64,000 nucleotides of DNA from Monocercomonoides exilis PA203 (GCA_001643675.2 LSRY02000065.1:349565-413564), one strand, 5' to 3'; positions 28,727-42,584 are shown, counted from the first letter of the stretch. The notes: a model not told the origin generated them from the sequence alone. Translations and numbers: made by a program.

Positions 28727-28813
28727 TATGTTTTGAATTTTTATTTTCTTTAAAATTATAACAATAGTAAATTAAAAAAAAAATTACTTTTGAAAAATAA
28801 CAAAATCAAAAAA

Positions 28814-28898
28814 TGCAAGCAGTGGGATTCGAACCCACGCACCCATACGAGTAGTAGATCTTGAGTCTACCGCCTTGGACCAGCTCGGCCATGCTTGC
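28814..28898 (-). tRNA. trnL-CAA: tRNA-Leu (anticodon CAA), no intron
   Basis: The reverse complement folds as a cloverleaf: acceptor stem GCAAGCA/TGCTTGC-A, D-arm GCCGAGCTGGTCCAAGGC, anticodon arm GTAGA-CTCAAGA-TCTAC, long variable arm, T-arm GTGGG-TTCGAAT-CCCAC. Confidence 0.97.
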
Positions 28899-29111
28899 TT
28901 AAAAAGATGAAATTTCGTTACAGTATTAATTAACAGCAAAATTTTGCAACAATTCTTCAGAAAAATTTTTTCAATTCATTTTTCTTAAACATTCGATCTG
29001 AATTATAAAATTACTATGAATCGAAAATTTTTATTCAAAGTCGAAAAAGCAACAAGGAATATTGATAAAAATATTTTTTAAATTTTCAAATCACTAACAA
29101 AAATCAATGAA

Positions 29112-29149
<38 letters not shown>

Positions 29150-30529
29150 CAATATAACCTCATCACTCATTCAATGAAAAATATTTTTTTTGTTCTGAGC
29201 GAGTTTTGATGTCAGTTTTGGTTTGAAAATACCAAAATTGGAAGAAAACAACAGTACAAACATTTTGAAAAGTGACAAAGAAAAATATATAAATAATTTT
29301 TTTATCTTGAAAAAAAATTTTTTTTTAAAGTTCATTATGTTTTTTTTAGGTGAAAACGAAAAAGGAATATTATTGTCATATTTTCATACAAACTCACCAA
29401 ATTTCACTTGCATGATAGTGAAATCATTGAAAAGTGATTGCTTTTATTCAGATGTATTTTTGTCAGTTTTAATGAATAATTGATGAAAGCATTCGATTTT
29501 TATTTTCACCAGAAAATAAAACAAAAGAAACTTTTCAAAAAAAAATTAGACACACATATTCACTTTTTGATACATTTGTTTTTTTCATTAAAAAAACATT
29601 ATCGATTTTGATTGATTGTATTTCGATTTTTTAAATTGTTTGGTGAGAAAAACAAAAAAAAGAATAATATAAAAAACAAAAATGATTAAAATTGATATCA
29701 AACTTTTGCACTTCAAAAATACGGTAATAAAAATATGTTATTAAAAAAGAATATAATCATCCAAGAAAAGGAAAACTTAATTAAACAGTTTCGAATTTTT
29801 TTTCACTCTTTCTTAAAGATTTGATGACAAAACAAAGCAAAGAGCATCTGATCAAAAATTTTCAAAATTGAAGATAAAAGCAATTCAATCATCCACACCA
29901 AAAAAGTGAATTTTATAAAATAAAAACACAAATAATAACATTTTTTAACAAAAATTATTTTTTTATAATTATTTTTTTTTCTATCTCAAATTTTCGACAT
30001 TTGTTTTAAAAAACTTTATATTGAAATAAGAATTTTTGAGTTTTCATGATTCAATAATATTTTTATCTAAGAGTTATGTTCGAAGAGTTATGAAAAATGA
30101 AAAACAACAGTTTTGAAATATAAAACATTTATCAATCAAATGATTCGAACATACTTCAATGTTACAGTTTCTGTGAAATTTCAATTTTTGTGGGGAAAAC
30201 AATTATTATGCAGATTTTTTTTTAATAAGAAAAAATGAGACACAAACTTGTTCATTGATGGAAAAAATAATGACTTGTATTTTCGAATTCAAAAATTAAA
30301 AATCAAAAATGTTATTTTTCTTTTCTTTTCTTATCTTTTTTTTTTTTTTTGATGAGCTGATTATTTTTTTATTATCATTATGAAAATTCACCAAATCAAC
30401 ATGCTTTTAATTAATTTTTGATTTAATTTTTATTTTGTGAATTAAATTCGAAAAAATTTTGGATAAATTGCAAATGGAACTTTTATTTGTTATCTTATTT
30501 TTTTCCAAATATTTCATTTTTCAAATAAG

Positions 30530-30589
<60 letters not shown>

Positions 30590-31417
30590 TAAAAAAATAT
30601 AAATAATTATTGGATGCATAATTATTTTAATTTGTTATTGCAAGTTCATTTCTCATTTTGATTTCATTAATGAAATCGATGGATTGAATGTTTCAACAAG
30701 AATTAATTTCCAAAACTTCTGAAACTTCTGCGATTATTTACAAAATATAAAACATTTTAATACAATAATAATCACTGAAATATTTAACACGAAAAAAAGA
30801 AACTTTCTTCATTTTTTAATGAATTCTTTTAATAAAAAAGAAACAAACCCAACTGCACATTTATTCACTCAACAATATCAATTACTTTTCATTTTGTCAA
30901 ATATGAAAAATTTGAATGGTTAATTACTAAAATTTATAAAAAAGTAGCAAAAAAAAGGAGAGAGGAGAAAGACAGCTCAACATGAAAACTGTAAATGGAA
31001 AGAATTGAAAAAGATTTGTTTCAACAATTACTTATTGCAAACAAATTCAAAAATAAAAAAAAATATATATATAAAAAACTTTCAGCTCACATTATCTTGG
31101 GAATCAATCAATAGTAATAATCAACATTTTCCCAAAATATCACAAACAAAATACATTTTTTATTTTCCAATCAAAAAATTCAACTTAATAAATAGTCAAA
31201 AAGCTAGGAATAATGCATATTTTTAGTTTTTTAAATTTTCAAAAAATAAAAATTATTCAACTTTTCGAAGATTAATCCAATGCAAACAAGTTTTTCCACA
31301 TAATTTAATGGAACTTTGAAGATATTTTTTTATTAATAATAAGTGAAAAACTGAATTTTAAAAAAGATTTTTTGTAAAATATAATGGGAAAAAGATAATA
31401 ACCCAATATATATTTGA

Positions 31418-32277
31418 ATGCCAAGAAGAAAGAAGTTGAAGGAGTTAACAAAGCCATGGTGCTGGTATTGCGATAGAATGTTCCAAGATTTACGTATATT
31501 GGTATCGCATCAAAAGGCCAAACATTTTTTGTGTAAGATTTGCCGCAGACGTTTCAATTCGGCTCCAGCGATGATTATTCATGCAAGGCAAGTTCATAAA
31601 GAACATATACCTCGGTATTTTCATAAAAATAATTTTACATTGAAAGCATTTAAATTTTTATTTATTTTTAATTGCTGAATAGTGTTCCTAATTCAAATCC
31701 AGGAACGGATTCTGTGGATATTGAAATATATGGAATGGAAGGTATTCCTCCAGAGGATCTTCAGGCACACAAATGTATGAAATCATTATTGGATGTTTGT
31801 ATTTCAAAAAACTTTTAGCCCAAATTTTCCATCAGACGAAAGAAAGGAGGCAAAGTGCATTAATCAAAGAAGATGAAAAAATAGATGACTATACAATTGA
31901 TTTGATGATTGAAGAAAAAGAAAAGGAAGTCAATTTTTTGCTTGCAAAATTTAAAGGAGAAGAATCCGAGTCTACGGAATCGATTGTTGGAAGACAAAAT
32001 TCTGAGCCTGAATCAAGGATCGGAAGGACTCTTCCATCTGATCTTGGTGGATCTCAGTTGGCTGTTGCGCCTTCAACTATGGATGTTAAATATATTTATG
32101 AAGACAATCTGTTTCAAATGGTTCTTCTTCTTCTTCTTTATAAATTAATTTTTTATTTTTATGATATATTTTTTACATTTATATAATAATTACAAAAAAA
32201 ATCAGGAAGAAAAAAGAGCAACACACCCCATGTATCAAGTGCTTGCACCACCTCCACCTCCTGCACAGGCTTCTTGA
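31418..32277 (+). CDS. ZNF207: ZNF207/BuGZ/SUF4-family C2H2 zinc-finger protein (about 220 aa)
   Basis: Exons 31418-31614, 31683-31774, 31819-32120, 32206-32277. KPWCWYCDR...HQKAKHFLCKIC...HARQVHKE..RVPN..PG...DIEIYGMEGIP is the family signature. The C-terminal YEDNLFQMEEKRA is GLEBS-like. Confidence 0.92.
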
Positions 32278-32913
32278 TTTTCCTTGAATTGACACATTAG
32301 CACGAATTGTTTTCTTGATTCCCCAATCACTAAAGCAAATGGCTGACTATTTTTATTGGAATTCAGTTTTGTTTACAATGTTTAAAAGCGAATTGTTTTA
32401 TGAAAATTATTTGCCAAATTCCTGCTTGAAAGTAATTTTATAATTTTCTTTATGACACTTCGTAAAAGCACTTCAAAATTTTTTTTTGAAAGAAAAAGAG
32501 GCTGCTCATATCAAATGAAAATGCAGTGACGTATGTTTCACTCAAAATTCTACATAATAAAGAGATTGAAAATTAATGAAACTAACATGATTTTGAATCT
32601 CACAATGGATGCACAAAATTCGTTTTGAATCTTCGGACTAAATTCCCATTCAATATCAAAATTATATCAGCAAGAAATAACTCGTATAATTTTTTCTAAC
32701 AACTATTTTCTCATTTCTCTTATTTGAAAATCTTGAAATATGTTTATCAGTAGTTAATCGCAAAATTTCATGTTATCAAAAATCATTACATTTTTTTTTA
32801 ATTACAAAAAGAAGAAATATGGTTAATGAACACGAAAATTATTCTTTTGTGAGTTTTCAGTTATAAACCAAAATCTTTATAAAGCATCATTATTTTTGTT
32901 CATACGCGTTGTT

Positions 32914-34336
32914 ATGCAAAAGTGTAATCAAGAAAGCAGAATCGATTTTTTTGGAGACTCTTTTTCTCCAGAGCTTAAAAGTTTTTAAGCAAGACAACGT
33001 TTTTTAAGCTTTAAAATTTAATTCAAATGATTTTTTTTCCAGATATTGTTTATGAGTTAAATAAATACACTTATTTGGAGCAAAATGGGAAGATGAAAGT
33101 AACTTTTGGTGAATTCGATGAAATTAATGAAAATATGTTGAAAGCAGAGATCAATGAAGAATTGTTCGATAAAATTGGAGAATTGATCGAAGAAAAGAAA
33201 ATATCTATGAATACAACCATATGGCTATTGAATCAAGTTGGATATTACAGTGCGTTGAGATACATAAACAATGATTGCTTCAGCGTTTCATATTTACGAA
33301 TTATCATTGAAGATATGATAACTGATGTTGAATTGAAACAAGAAGAGAAGAATGAAACACAACTGCTTGGACTATGTGAGTGCTATTCGCTTTTATGCAA
33401 AGATAGTCGCAGTATAGAGCACAATTTTCTTTCAATTTGCATTCGCAATCTTTTAAAGGAGGCACTGAAAAAAATGAAAATGAAAGAAATGCAAAAAGAA
33501 GTGGAGATGGCCTTACTAGCTTTGAGTTGTATTAATGAATTTCAAGTGTGAATATTGCATATCCTCGTAAAAAGCATTCAATATTTTTATGTACTGCAAT
33601 ACAGAAAATTGAAAAAGAATTATATCTGAAAGAGATCACAGAAATCATTAAACATCATCAGGAGAATCACAACCTGACACAACTTGCCAGTCAATCTGCT
33701 TGGCAGTTTTTGATTTTCAGATTGTGCAATGATGAAAATGTTGAAGATATTATTATGAATGAATTGCATTTTGCGAGAGAGGCAGAAAGAGATATAGAAG
33801 AGCTGCTGAGTTGCAAAGATTGGAGAAATAAAAGCGAAGAGATGAAAAGAATGAAAGAATCATGCATACTGATGAAGTGGTGCAAGGCGCTTGAAAAAAT
33901 CTTATTCGACAAATGCAAATGGAGAAACGAAGAACGTTTAAGATTGATTGAATGCATTGCAAAGATATGTTTGATTGTGAAAGAAAATCCAAAAACAATG
34001 CGGTTAGATCCTTTACGAATTTTGTTCAAAGCTCTCGAAATGAAATGTGTGAATGTTGAAGATTATGTGAGAATTGGAATAATTGATTGCTTTTTGGAAG
34101 TGACTTACCAACAAACACTAGAAAATGAGTTTTTAAAAATGTATTTGAACCTTTTCGATTATTTGTTGTTCATTATTGAATCTGAGACGGAGAAGAAAAA
34201 CGATAAAACAGAACTGAAGTTAGTGAAAAGAGAGATAGGTGAAAAACTTGAGGAAAAAGGTTTTGAAGACGAAAATCTTTCTTTTCAAGAAATTAGGGAA
34301 TGCATTTTCGAGCCTTTCGTTTATTCTGAAGATTAA
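32914..34336 (+). CDS. Lineage-specific multicopy helical protein (KEVEMALLALS / HNLTQLAxQSAW family), copy 1
   Basis: Phase-consistent exons 32914-32980, 33043-33545, 33605-34336. A clear paralog lies at 47505-48922. Confidence 0.75.
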
Positions 34337-34492
34337 CATTTTTTTTCGAGAAAACAAAATTGAAATGAAAATTTAATTTTTTTTTATTTCATTGACCAGA
34401 AGACACATTCAATTATTTCAAATTTTCACAATAAGAAAAATATACCAAAGAATTAAGAAATATTCTGAAGTCCTTCATCGTCTGAACCATAA

Positions 34493-36925
34493 ATGATAAC
34501 TGAAGATACACAAATCACTGAAAACTCAAATGCAACCAGAGAAAATATTTTGATTTTTGCTGAGCAATTAGACGTTAGTGCTTTTGCTAATTATATAACA
34601 ATCAAATTTAATTTTTATTCCTCATGGATTAAAGGGAAACGATATACCAAATCTGATTAATGAATATTTAGATTCTGACGAAAATGGAAAGATTGATATT
34701 TTAAATAAACTGCTCTTGCTAGCAGCATTTGGTATGCTTTTTATATCAAAAAATTTGCAGATTTAACGTTTTTTTTAGATAAAGATACAATTCCAATGTT
34801 TCTTAAAAACAACTTTTTAAAACAGTTGAGCTTTGATATTGTAAACAGCAGAAATCATTCATTAAAGGTTGACTATTTATTGGAAGATAAATTTTATAAA
34901 TTTCACTCTCACATATTTTTTTCAAAAATTTCACAATTTAGGCTCAATCATTCGATTTTTTAATTCTTGTTACAAATTTTTATTCAAGAATAAGCAGCGA
35001 AATGGAAGCAACAACATTGGTCAATTTTATTTGTGCATTTATAGAGGTGTTTTGACTTTTATTTATTTATTTATTTTTTTTTTTTGATGAACACAATTTG
35101 AAAAAAAATTCAGTCATCTGAGGAGAATGACAGCGTTCCTTTAGCATCACTGATAACAATTTTAGCTTCCAGTGCATTGCCGATGAGAGGTGCTTTGCTT
35201 CAACCATCATTTGCGGAGAAGCTGATCAAGATATTAGAAACAACATGTCCAACCACAAAAACGCTGAAGATGATTCTGAAGCTGGCCAAGCTGATGTGCA
35301 AAGCGCGCCCTCCGCAGCAGACGCGCGAGCGGCTTGTGAATGTGCTTCTCATTCTGTGTAGTGTGAGTGATGTTGATATAGCCTCGTCTGCGTGTGGGGT
35401 GCTGACTTTCTTCTTTCAGGACATGCTGCCTTCTCTTCCGCAAAGCGCTTACTCTTTCTGCATTCCTCAATTTCAGACAGCTTCTGCTGTCTCATTTCCT
35501 GCTTCTTCTTATTCATCATCATCATCTTCTTCCTCCTTATCAACTTCTTCTTCTTCTTCTTCTTCTTTGTATTCGAATTCTTCCTCTTTTCCTCCTCCTC
35601 TTCCTTCTTCTTCTCCTTCCTCCTCCTTTTCCTCCTCCTCCTCCTCCTCCTCGTCATCATCATCGTCTTCTTCTTCTCATATCCCCTTTCCCTCTTCCAT
35701 CTCTAATATATCAGACAATCATTCAGACTCCAACCAACCTGATTCTTCCTTCTCTCCCCTTTCTTCTTCATCCCACTTCCCTTCTGCTTTCCTCTCTTCC
35801 TCTTCTTCTTATGCCTTTCCAGACACAACCTCTGCTCATTCGACTGATTTTTCCCATCCTCTCTCTAATTCTCATCCTCTTTCTCATCCTCTTCCAAATT
35901 CTAATTCTAATTCTCATTCTCTCTCTAATTCTCTCTCTCAAACAGACAATCCTTTCTCTCTTCTTTCGACTTCTGCTGTCTCCTTCCATTCTTTCCCGCC
36001 GCTTCCTCCTCCTCCTCCTCCTCAACTTCAGCATTCATTAAATTCTTCTTTGAATTCTTCATTTCGTCCTTCATTTCAGTCTTCTTCTTCTTCTTCTTCT
36101 TCTTCTTCTTCTCCACAACAACAACAACAACAACATCGACAACCACCACCACCACCTCCTCCTCTCTCTTCTGCTCCTCATTCTTCTGTTCTGCAATTGC
36201 CTTCTTCTTCTTCCTCCTCATTACCTTCCTCTTCTTTTCACTTTCCTTTCTCTTCTTCTTCCTCATCCTCTTCCTCATCCTCATCCTCTTCTTCTTCCTC
36301 TTCTTCTTCTTCTTCCTCTTCCTCTCCCCCCTTTCCCTCCTCCTTCTCCTTCTCCTTCTCCACCCCCTCTTCTTTCTCTCTCTCCTCTCGTCTTCTCTCC
36401 ACCCCAACCAACCTCAACACAGAAGCTACTCCTTCTCCTCCTCCTTTCACTCCTTCTGTCCCCCTCCCTCCTCTCTCTGTCACCCCTCCTCACTCAACAC
36501 CTGAACTGCCATTGAATTCTATTGTTTCTTCTTCTTCTTCTTCTTCTTCTTCTTTAATTTCTTCTCCTTTGAATTCTTTTCCTATTAATTCATCATCATC
36601 ATCATCATCTTCTTCTTCTTCTTCTTCGTCTCCATCATCTTCTTTTATTTCTTCTACATTTAATTCTTCTTCTTCTTCTTCTTCTTCTCTTTCAAATTTT
36701 TCTTCTCAAAGTGATTCTTCTTCATTTGCTACTCCAACATTTCCTCCTCTTTTGCCACTACTTCCTAATCTGGCAAAGCAAAACACCTCATATTCTCTTT
36801 CATTGCTTCCATCTCCTTCCAATGCCCTCGAATCATCAGCCTCTTTAAATGCTTTGCATTTATCTCCTCCTTCTCCTCATTCTATGACCGAAGACCAGCA
36901 ATTTCAAGCCTCAAATCCATCATGA
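34493..36925 (+). CDS. Hypothetical protein with a helical (ARM/HEAT-like) N-terminus and a Ser/Pro-rich tail
   Basis: Exons at about 34493-34573, 34635-34731, 34779-34867, 34942-35046 and 35114-36925 join in frame through GT-AG introns. The ARM-like call rests only on the amphipathic pattern. Confidence 0.6.
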
Positions 36926-37151
36926 AATAGTATTTATCTGAAATGAAAATTTTCGTTTTTGCTTATGATTCAAAACTTTTCCGTTTTCGTTGTAATAATT
37001 GTGTTGCTTTTTTTTTAAAAAAAAAATAACACCAATTCATCTTTGATTTTACCGATAGTTAGCTTAAATTAATATTTCATATTTCTTTTAATCATTTTGT
37101 GATTATTTTATTCTGGGTATTGATCAATAGAAACATCGTTTCCTTTTCAAG

Positions 37152-39488
37152 ATGAGCACCAATGGTTTATTGCTTAAATGCTTGATTTAAATTTATTTTT
37201 TAACTTTTAACGACCAATTTATATCAATTTTAATTAAAGATGCTCATCTCAAAGCAGATGAAACACCTCCAACAAATATTATTGTCCCCACAGTTCATAT
37301 ACAAAGGCGTTGGCCACCTTCTGGACTTACAAATAATGGAGGATCTTGCTTTGTGAATGCTTCTCTTCAAATGCTTTTTCATATCCCGCTTATGCGTTGG
37401 GTATTCATTTTCATTAAAAAACAATGATTAAAATATCTTTTTTTGCGAATTCGATTGCAACAGGCAATTCTGAATTATAGTAGAAGCATTGTAGCTGCTC
37501 GTAATTTTTCGGATCATTTACTCAAAAGACCAGCTGAACAAGATCCAACCTTGCTTGATGACACTTTATTATTATTACAACATCTTTTTGAAGAGATGCA
37601 AGAGGGAAAACAAAGGTTTGCGTAGAGGGTAATTTCATAATTATTTGTTAATAATTTTATCATCAAAATAATCAATTTATTTAGTGTAAATACCGATGGA
37701 TTTGTTTATTATCCTCACTGGGAATCTTTTCCTTTATATGAGCAAAACGACACTCAATTATTTTTATCAATGCTTCTAGCAAGAATGAAAGAATTGTTCA
37801 AGGTTTTTCTGACAAAAAAATTTTCATCGAGTGAGCATATTTTCTTATTTTCAATTTTTTTTAGGCAACACCATTTCGGGGCTGCTGTGAACGTTTGCTT
37901 GGGGGAAAGGCAGTTTCAATACTGAAATTAGCTGGAAGCGAGACTGTAGTTGACGAGTCGTTGACACGTTACACGCAGTCTGTCCAATATATGCCATATT
38001 ATGTGATTAAGTTTGATCATTTTTTAAATAAAGTTAACAACTCAATTATTAAAATTTTTTATTATTTTTTGATTGAATGCTCGTTGTTTTAATTGAACAA
38101 TTTCATTTTTTTGATGAAACCACAATTGCAATTTGACATGTAAGTCTTCCAATTGGTGATGATGTGTCAGACATTCACACATCCTTGCAACGATATTGTG
38201 CTCCAACTCCAATTGAAGACGATGGGCTGAATCATTCTGATGGCAGTCCATATATCATTTCTTGGAAAGTGTGTTATTTTTGAAGTTTCTTTATTTATTA
38301 CCCTTTCTTTCCCCCTCTTTTTTTTTTTTGAATTTGCAAAATCATTCATAATTTCATTTGCAAATCGGTTTATTAACATGGATCCGCCTTTTGCTTATCA
38401 TTGCATTGCGTGAATAAATACTTAACCATTTTCACAACCATCAACACTTTTGAAAATTTTGTCAAACACAAATTATAACCATCACACAGCAAACATGCTT
38501 CCTGTCTTTCCCTCCAGTTCTCTTTTTCCAGATCCAGCGCTGGCGCTTCAACCCAACCACCTACGTGTTCGAGAAGAACACTTCATTCTTCTCGTATCCC
38601 TTGGAGCTCGACATGACTCCGTACTTAACCACTCTCACCCCGCAGCAGAAGGCAATGGCCGACGAACGGCGCAAAATCCTGCACTTTGAAAAGGAGGAGC
38701 GGCTGATGAGATCCTTCGGGCGTGTGAGGCAGAGCGTCGACTGGAAGACACAGCGGTTTCGCCCGCCGTTGTGCGACGAGATGGTGGAGAAGTTCTTTTT
38801 GGCGATGGATTCTGCATGGGATGAGAAGATGGAGAGGGAAAGCGAAGGAGTGGGAGCAGCAAAGAGCGTGCTGGAGGAGGCAGAGATAAAGTCAGAGCAA
38901 TATGATGGACTGTTTGAAGGAAAGAGGAAAGAGGAAAATGAAGAAGGAAAGCGCAAAAATTCGATGTTTATTGCATTTTCTCCTGATGATGTTCCTTCTC
39001 CGTCTCAGTCTTCATCACACCAAGAGTCAGATAACTCCACACACTCACTTTCATTCGAACGACCACACACATCATCTACTTGTCCATCATCATCATCATC
39101 ATCATTTTCACCTTCTTCTTCCAGTTCCTCCTCTTCCAGCGAAATGAAAAACTCTTCCTCTTCCTCCTCATCTTCTTCTTCTCCATCAAGTTCTTCTTCT
39201 TCAAGTGCTGCAAACAGCAAGTATTCGCTTCTTGGTGTTGCAGTCCACAAGGGGTCGTTGGACAGCGGCCACTATTACTCCTTTATCCGCCCGGACTGTG
39301 CTGACCGGTGGTTTGTGCTGGACGACACAAGCTGCGTGCAGGTCACTGAAGAGCACGCGGTCAGTGCCAATTTTGGAGGGCCGGATCCACGCGGAGAAAC
39401 GGGGACAGATGACAGACAGTATTCAGCGTATATGTTGGTGTATGTGGCAAAGCATCTCATACCCAAAGTGATGTTGTGGGGGGAATGA
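37152..39488 (+). CDS. Ubiquitin-specific protease (peptidase C19), USP7/UBP15-like catalytic domain
   Basis: Spliced exons give the Cys box GLTNNGGSCFVNASLQMLFH (about 37320-37385), EQNDTQLFL, YYVINLPI, FPPVLFFQIQRW...YPLELDM, and the His box GVAVHKGSLDSGHYYSFIRP...WFVLDD...NFGG...SAYMLVY. The start codon is less certain. Confidence 0.88.
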
Positions 39489-40320
39489 TGAAAGCTTGCT
39501 ATGCCGCATAACTTTTATTTTTAATTATTTTATATCCTTTTTGATTATAATTTCGTGTATTCAAATCGGATCATCGAATCTATTATTTTGTTTAATTGTT
39601 GTTTTCGAAATCTTTGAACTTTAATTTTTATATCACAGCACGTAACATTTTGGCATAAGATCATATTTTTGAATTTTTGTATTTTTTTTAAAAAAAAACA
39701 TTTTAAACATTATTCAGCCACTCAATCAAAATTGGGATTTATCATCACATTTACCCCTATGTGACTAATTTTTTGCTCAACGATTTTTGTTCAACTCAAT
39801 TTGATCTTTTATTTTTCTCAATTTTCTTTATTTTCTTGATTATTGTGCCTGGAAGTGTTGGACTTATAATGGTACGATAAAGGAAAAAAAATTGAAACAA
39901 ATTTGAGTTTTTTTTCATTAGCAAAAGAATTATTCCACATAATTAATATCGAGATTATTTTAATTTGTGTCCATATTTTTCAATATTCAATATTTAATAA
40001 CTTGTTCCAAGCTTTTTCAACAATCATATCATATTTATCAGACTTTATTTTTTACACAAAAACAAAAACAAAAAAAAAAAAAAAAAAAAGAAAAAAGAAA
40101 GAAAGAAAGAAAGAAAGAAAAAGTTACCGATTTATTTCTAGTTTATTCATGCCAGTTTCAATGATCGAATCTCCTCAAGGGAGGCTCTCATCAGAGATGG
40201 AGGAGTGGCACCCACACACACTTCCTCAATTCGGAGTTTTGGAACATGAGTTAAATATGGTCATATTTTTATTAGTATATATATATATATATATATATAT
40301 AATACAGACATTAATACGAC

Positions 40321-40552
40321 ACAATTTTCTCAATTACATCTCATAAGTACAAACTCATTTGATAAACGAGAATTTCAAAATAGCTTTATTTGTTCTCAGA
40401 GAAAATTATTATTAAAAACTCGGAGAAACTTAAAATCCTATTTCTCCGAGTTTTTTATAATAATTTTTTTCTGAGCACAATTGAAGCTGTTTTGAAAGTC
40501 TTATATGTCACGTGAGTTTGTACTTATGAGATGTATTTTGAGGAAAATTGTC
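40321..40552. repeat. Long imperfect inverted repeat (arms about 110 bp, 12-nt spacer)
   Basis: The left arm 40321-40428 (ACAATTTTCTCAATTACATCTCATAAGTACAAACTCA...AAAAACTCGGAGAAA) matches the reverse complement of 40441-40552 with scattered mismatches. Confidence 0.9.
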
Positions 40553-40684
40553 AGAATTATTCCTCTTGCAGTTATTGTGAAATCGATATTGTCCGGTATT
40601 ATGTGCGATGTCTAGTATTTTATACGATATCTAGATATTTAGTACCCATTTTTTTCGAAATGAAAAATTCAAAAAATAAAAAAA

Positions 40685-42295
40685 TCAATATATATATATA
40701 AATATATATATAAATTCAAAACTCGAATCAAATTTGCTAACGACTTTTTTTTTCCCCTTTCCTCTCTCAGTTTCATCAGACGATTCTTTCTCTATATCGT
40801 TCTTATCTTGAAGTATTCTGAAATTTCTTTTCAGCTTTTTTGAGAAATTCATTGTTTCATCATTTTCTTCATCAGAAATATTTTCAGTTTCATTTTCCAT
40901 TTCACTTTTCTTTTTCAAATATTCATCCCACTCGCTAAGCACCTTTTCTTCTTTATTTCTTTGATGTCGAAGTCAAATCGATTTTTATGTGAAGGAAGGG
41001 GATAAGTCGATGATAGAGGAAGCTTCATCAGAACTGTCTCCAACGAGTCTTTCCACTCTCAGTTGCATTTGAATGCTCTTTTGATAACCGAAGGTGATTG
41101 CACCGACTTAATTGATTTTTGAAGAGCCTCCACAAGAGCAGTTCTCTTCGCAGCTGAAGACAACGATGAAGGTGCTTCGTATTGGAAACTCATTTCTGAC
41201 TTCAGAACTGCAAAAGCTCCTCGGTTCAGTGGCTGGCAGATGTGTGTGCTGCGAGGGATGAACGTCACAACATCCACATTTTCTTTTTTGAACACTCACC
41301 AGATTGTTGTGCATGCACGAGAAATGATGGAGTCAGTTCAAGACAAGTAATGAAATTCGTCGAGAAACATGAGTTATCTTCTTTCTTTGATAGAAGGGAA
41401 AAGAATTGCGAGGGAAAATTCTCTGAACATAGAAGATACCATCCATCCGCGTTTGTTCGGCCAAATCTCAAGATCTGAAAACTGAAGAGTCTACAAGTCA
41501 TCAGGTATTTTGAGACTTGACCACAGAATCACTGAAGGAAGTGATTGACCATCAGCTGCAACCGCCGCAATCAGTGTAGAATTCGCTATTTGGACATCAG
41601 ATTTAGCGAAACCTGGTTTTGCATTTGCCGGATGAACAACATTCAAATTTGAGCTGTTGGGAACCCTGAGTGAAGACTCATCCACGTTAAATATCAGTGC
41701 ATTGTTGTTATTATTGTTCTGAAATAATCCATTGAGCATATTATCCCAGGGCTTCAGAACTTGTGGGCATGACACCGCAAGCATGTTTGTTTCACCAATT
41801 TACGGATTTGATGTCTTCAGCTTTGGATGTCTTTTGAAGAAATCCTATTCAACCAACGCAGAATCTTAAGCATCTGGAGTGTCTTCTGGTTTTTAATTAT
41901 TAACAACATTTTTAATCTTATTAATTTTAATTAAAACATTTCAAAAAACATCAATACAATCCAGTTCACTCATTTTCTTGATGGTTAGCTAGCTCCAGAT
42001 AATGATTCAATCATAATTTCGTCCGGCACTGTTTGCTCTTTTTCGCCAATGACAATAGCCGGTGTTCCCATTTTTAAACCAATCGGCCTTGCTGAACAGC
42101 CTTCACCGAACGCTTGATTCGAATTTTGCTAAATTTTTTGCTGTTGAATGCATCCGCCATTCGTGCAACTCCATCGTTAACTATATGCGCCATTCGCTCC
42201 AGCGGATTCATCAATTATCTCCATCCGAACGATAACATTTCCTCCCACAGCTTCAGCTGACCCGCAGTAGATTTCCTTGCAACTTCCTTTTTCAT
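40685..42295 (-). mobile_element. Decayed pogo/Fot1-type (Tc1/mariner, DDE_1/CENP-B-like) transposase pseudogene
   Basis: One frame from 41784 to 41059 reads IFNVDES...TLIAAVAADGQSLP...NKRGWM...DS..SR...FIPRSTHICQPLNRGAFAVLK through in-frame stops at 41493, 41376, 41340 and 41298. Upstream HTH-like remnants (GTPAIVIGEKEQ) and an ATG at 42295 are present. No TIRs were found. Confidence 0.78.
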
Positions 42296-42464
42296 TTTTT
42301 ATTTTTGGGTTATGATCATAAAGCCAATGTATTCATTTTATTGTGAAAAATTTCAATTCACGTTGATATTATATTTTTTGTCCATTGAAATGCATTTTTT
42401 TTTGTATTTTATTCCTTTGAACTAACCTATGACTGAATGAATTTCAACGGGAGCCTTTTATCCT

Positions 42465-42465
<1 letters not shown>

Positions 42466-42514
<49 letters not shown>

Positions 42515-42553
42515 AAAAACAAAACAAAACAAAACATAAAAAAAAACAAAAAA

Positions 42554-42584
<31 letters not shown>

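Noticed and set aside
28900-31400. Short ORFs in the AT-rich gap
   Set aside because: They have no coding-like composition, recognisable motifs or consistent splice model.
40130-42465. Terminal inverted repeats of the pogo-like element
   Set aside because: Manual comparison of the two flanks found no convincing match.
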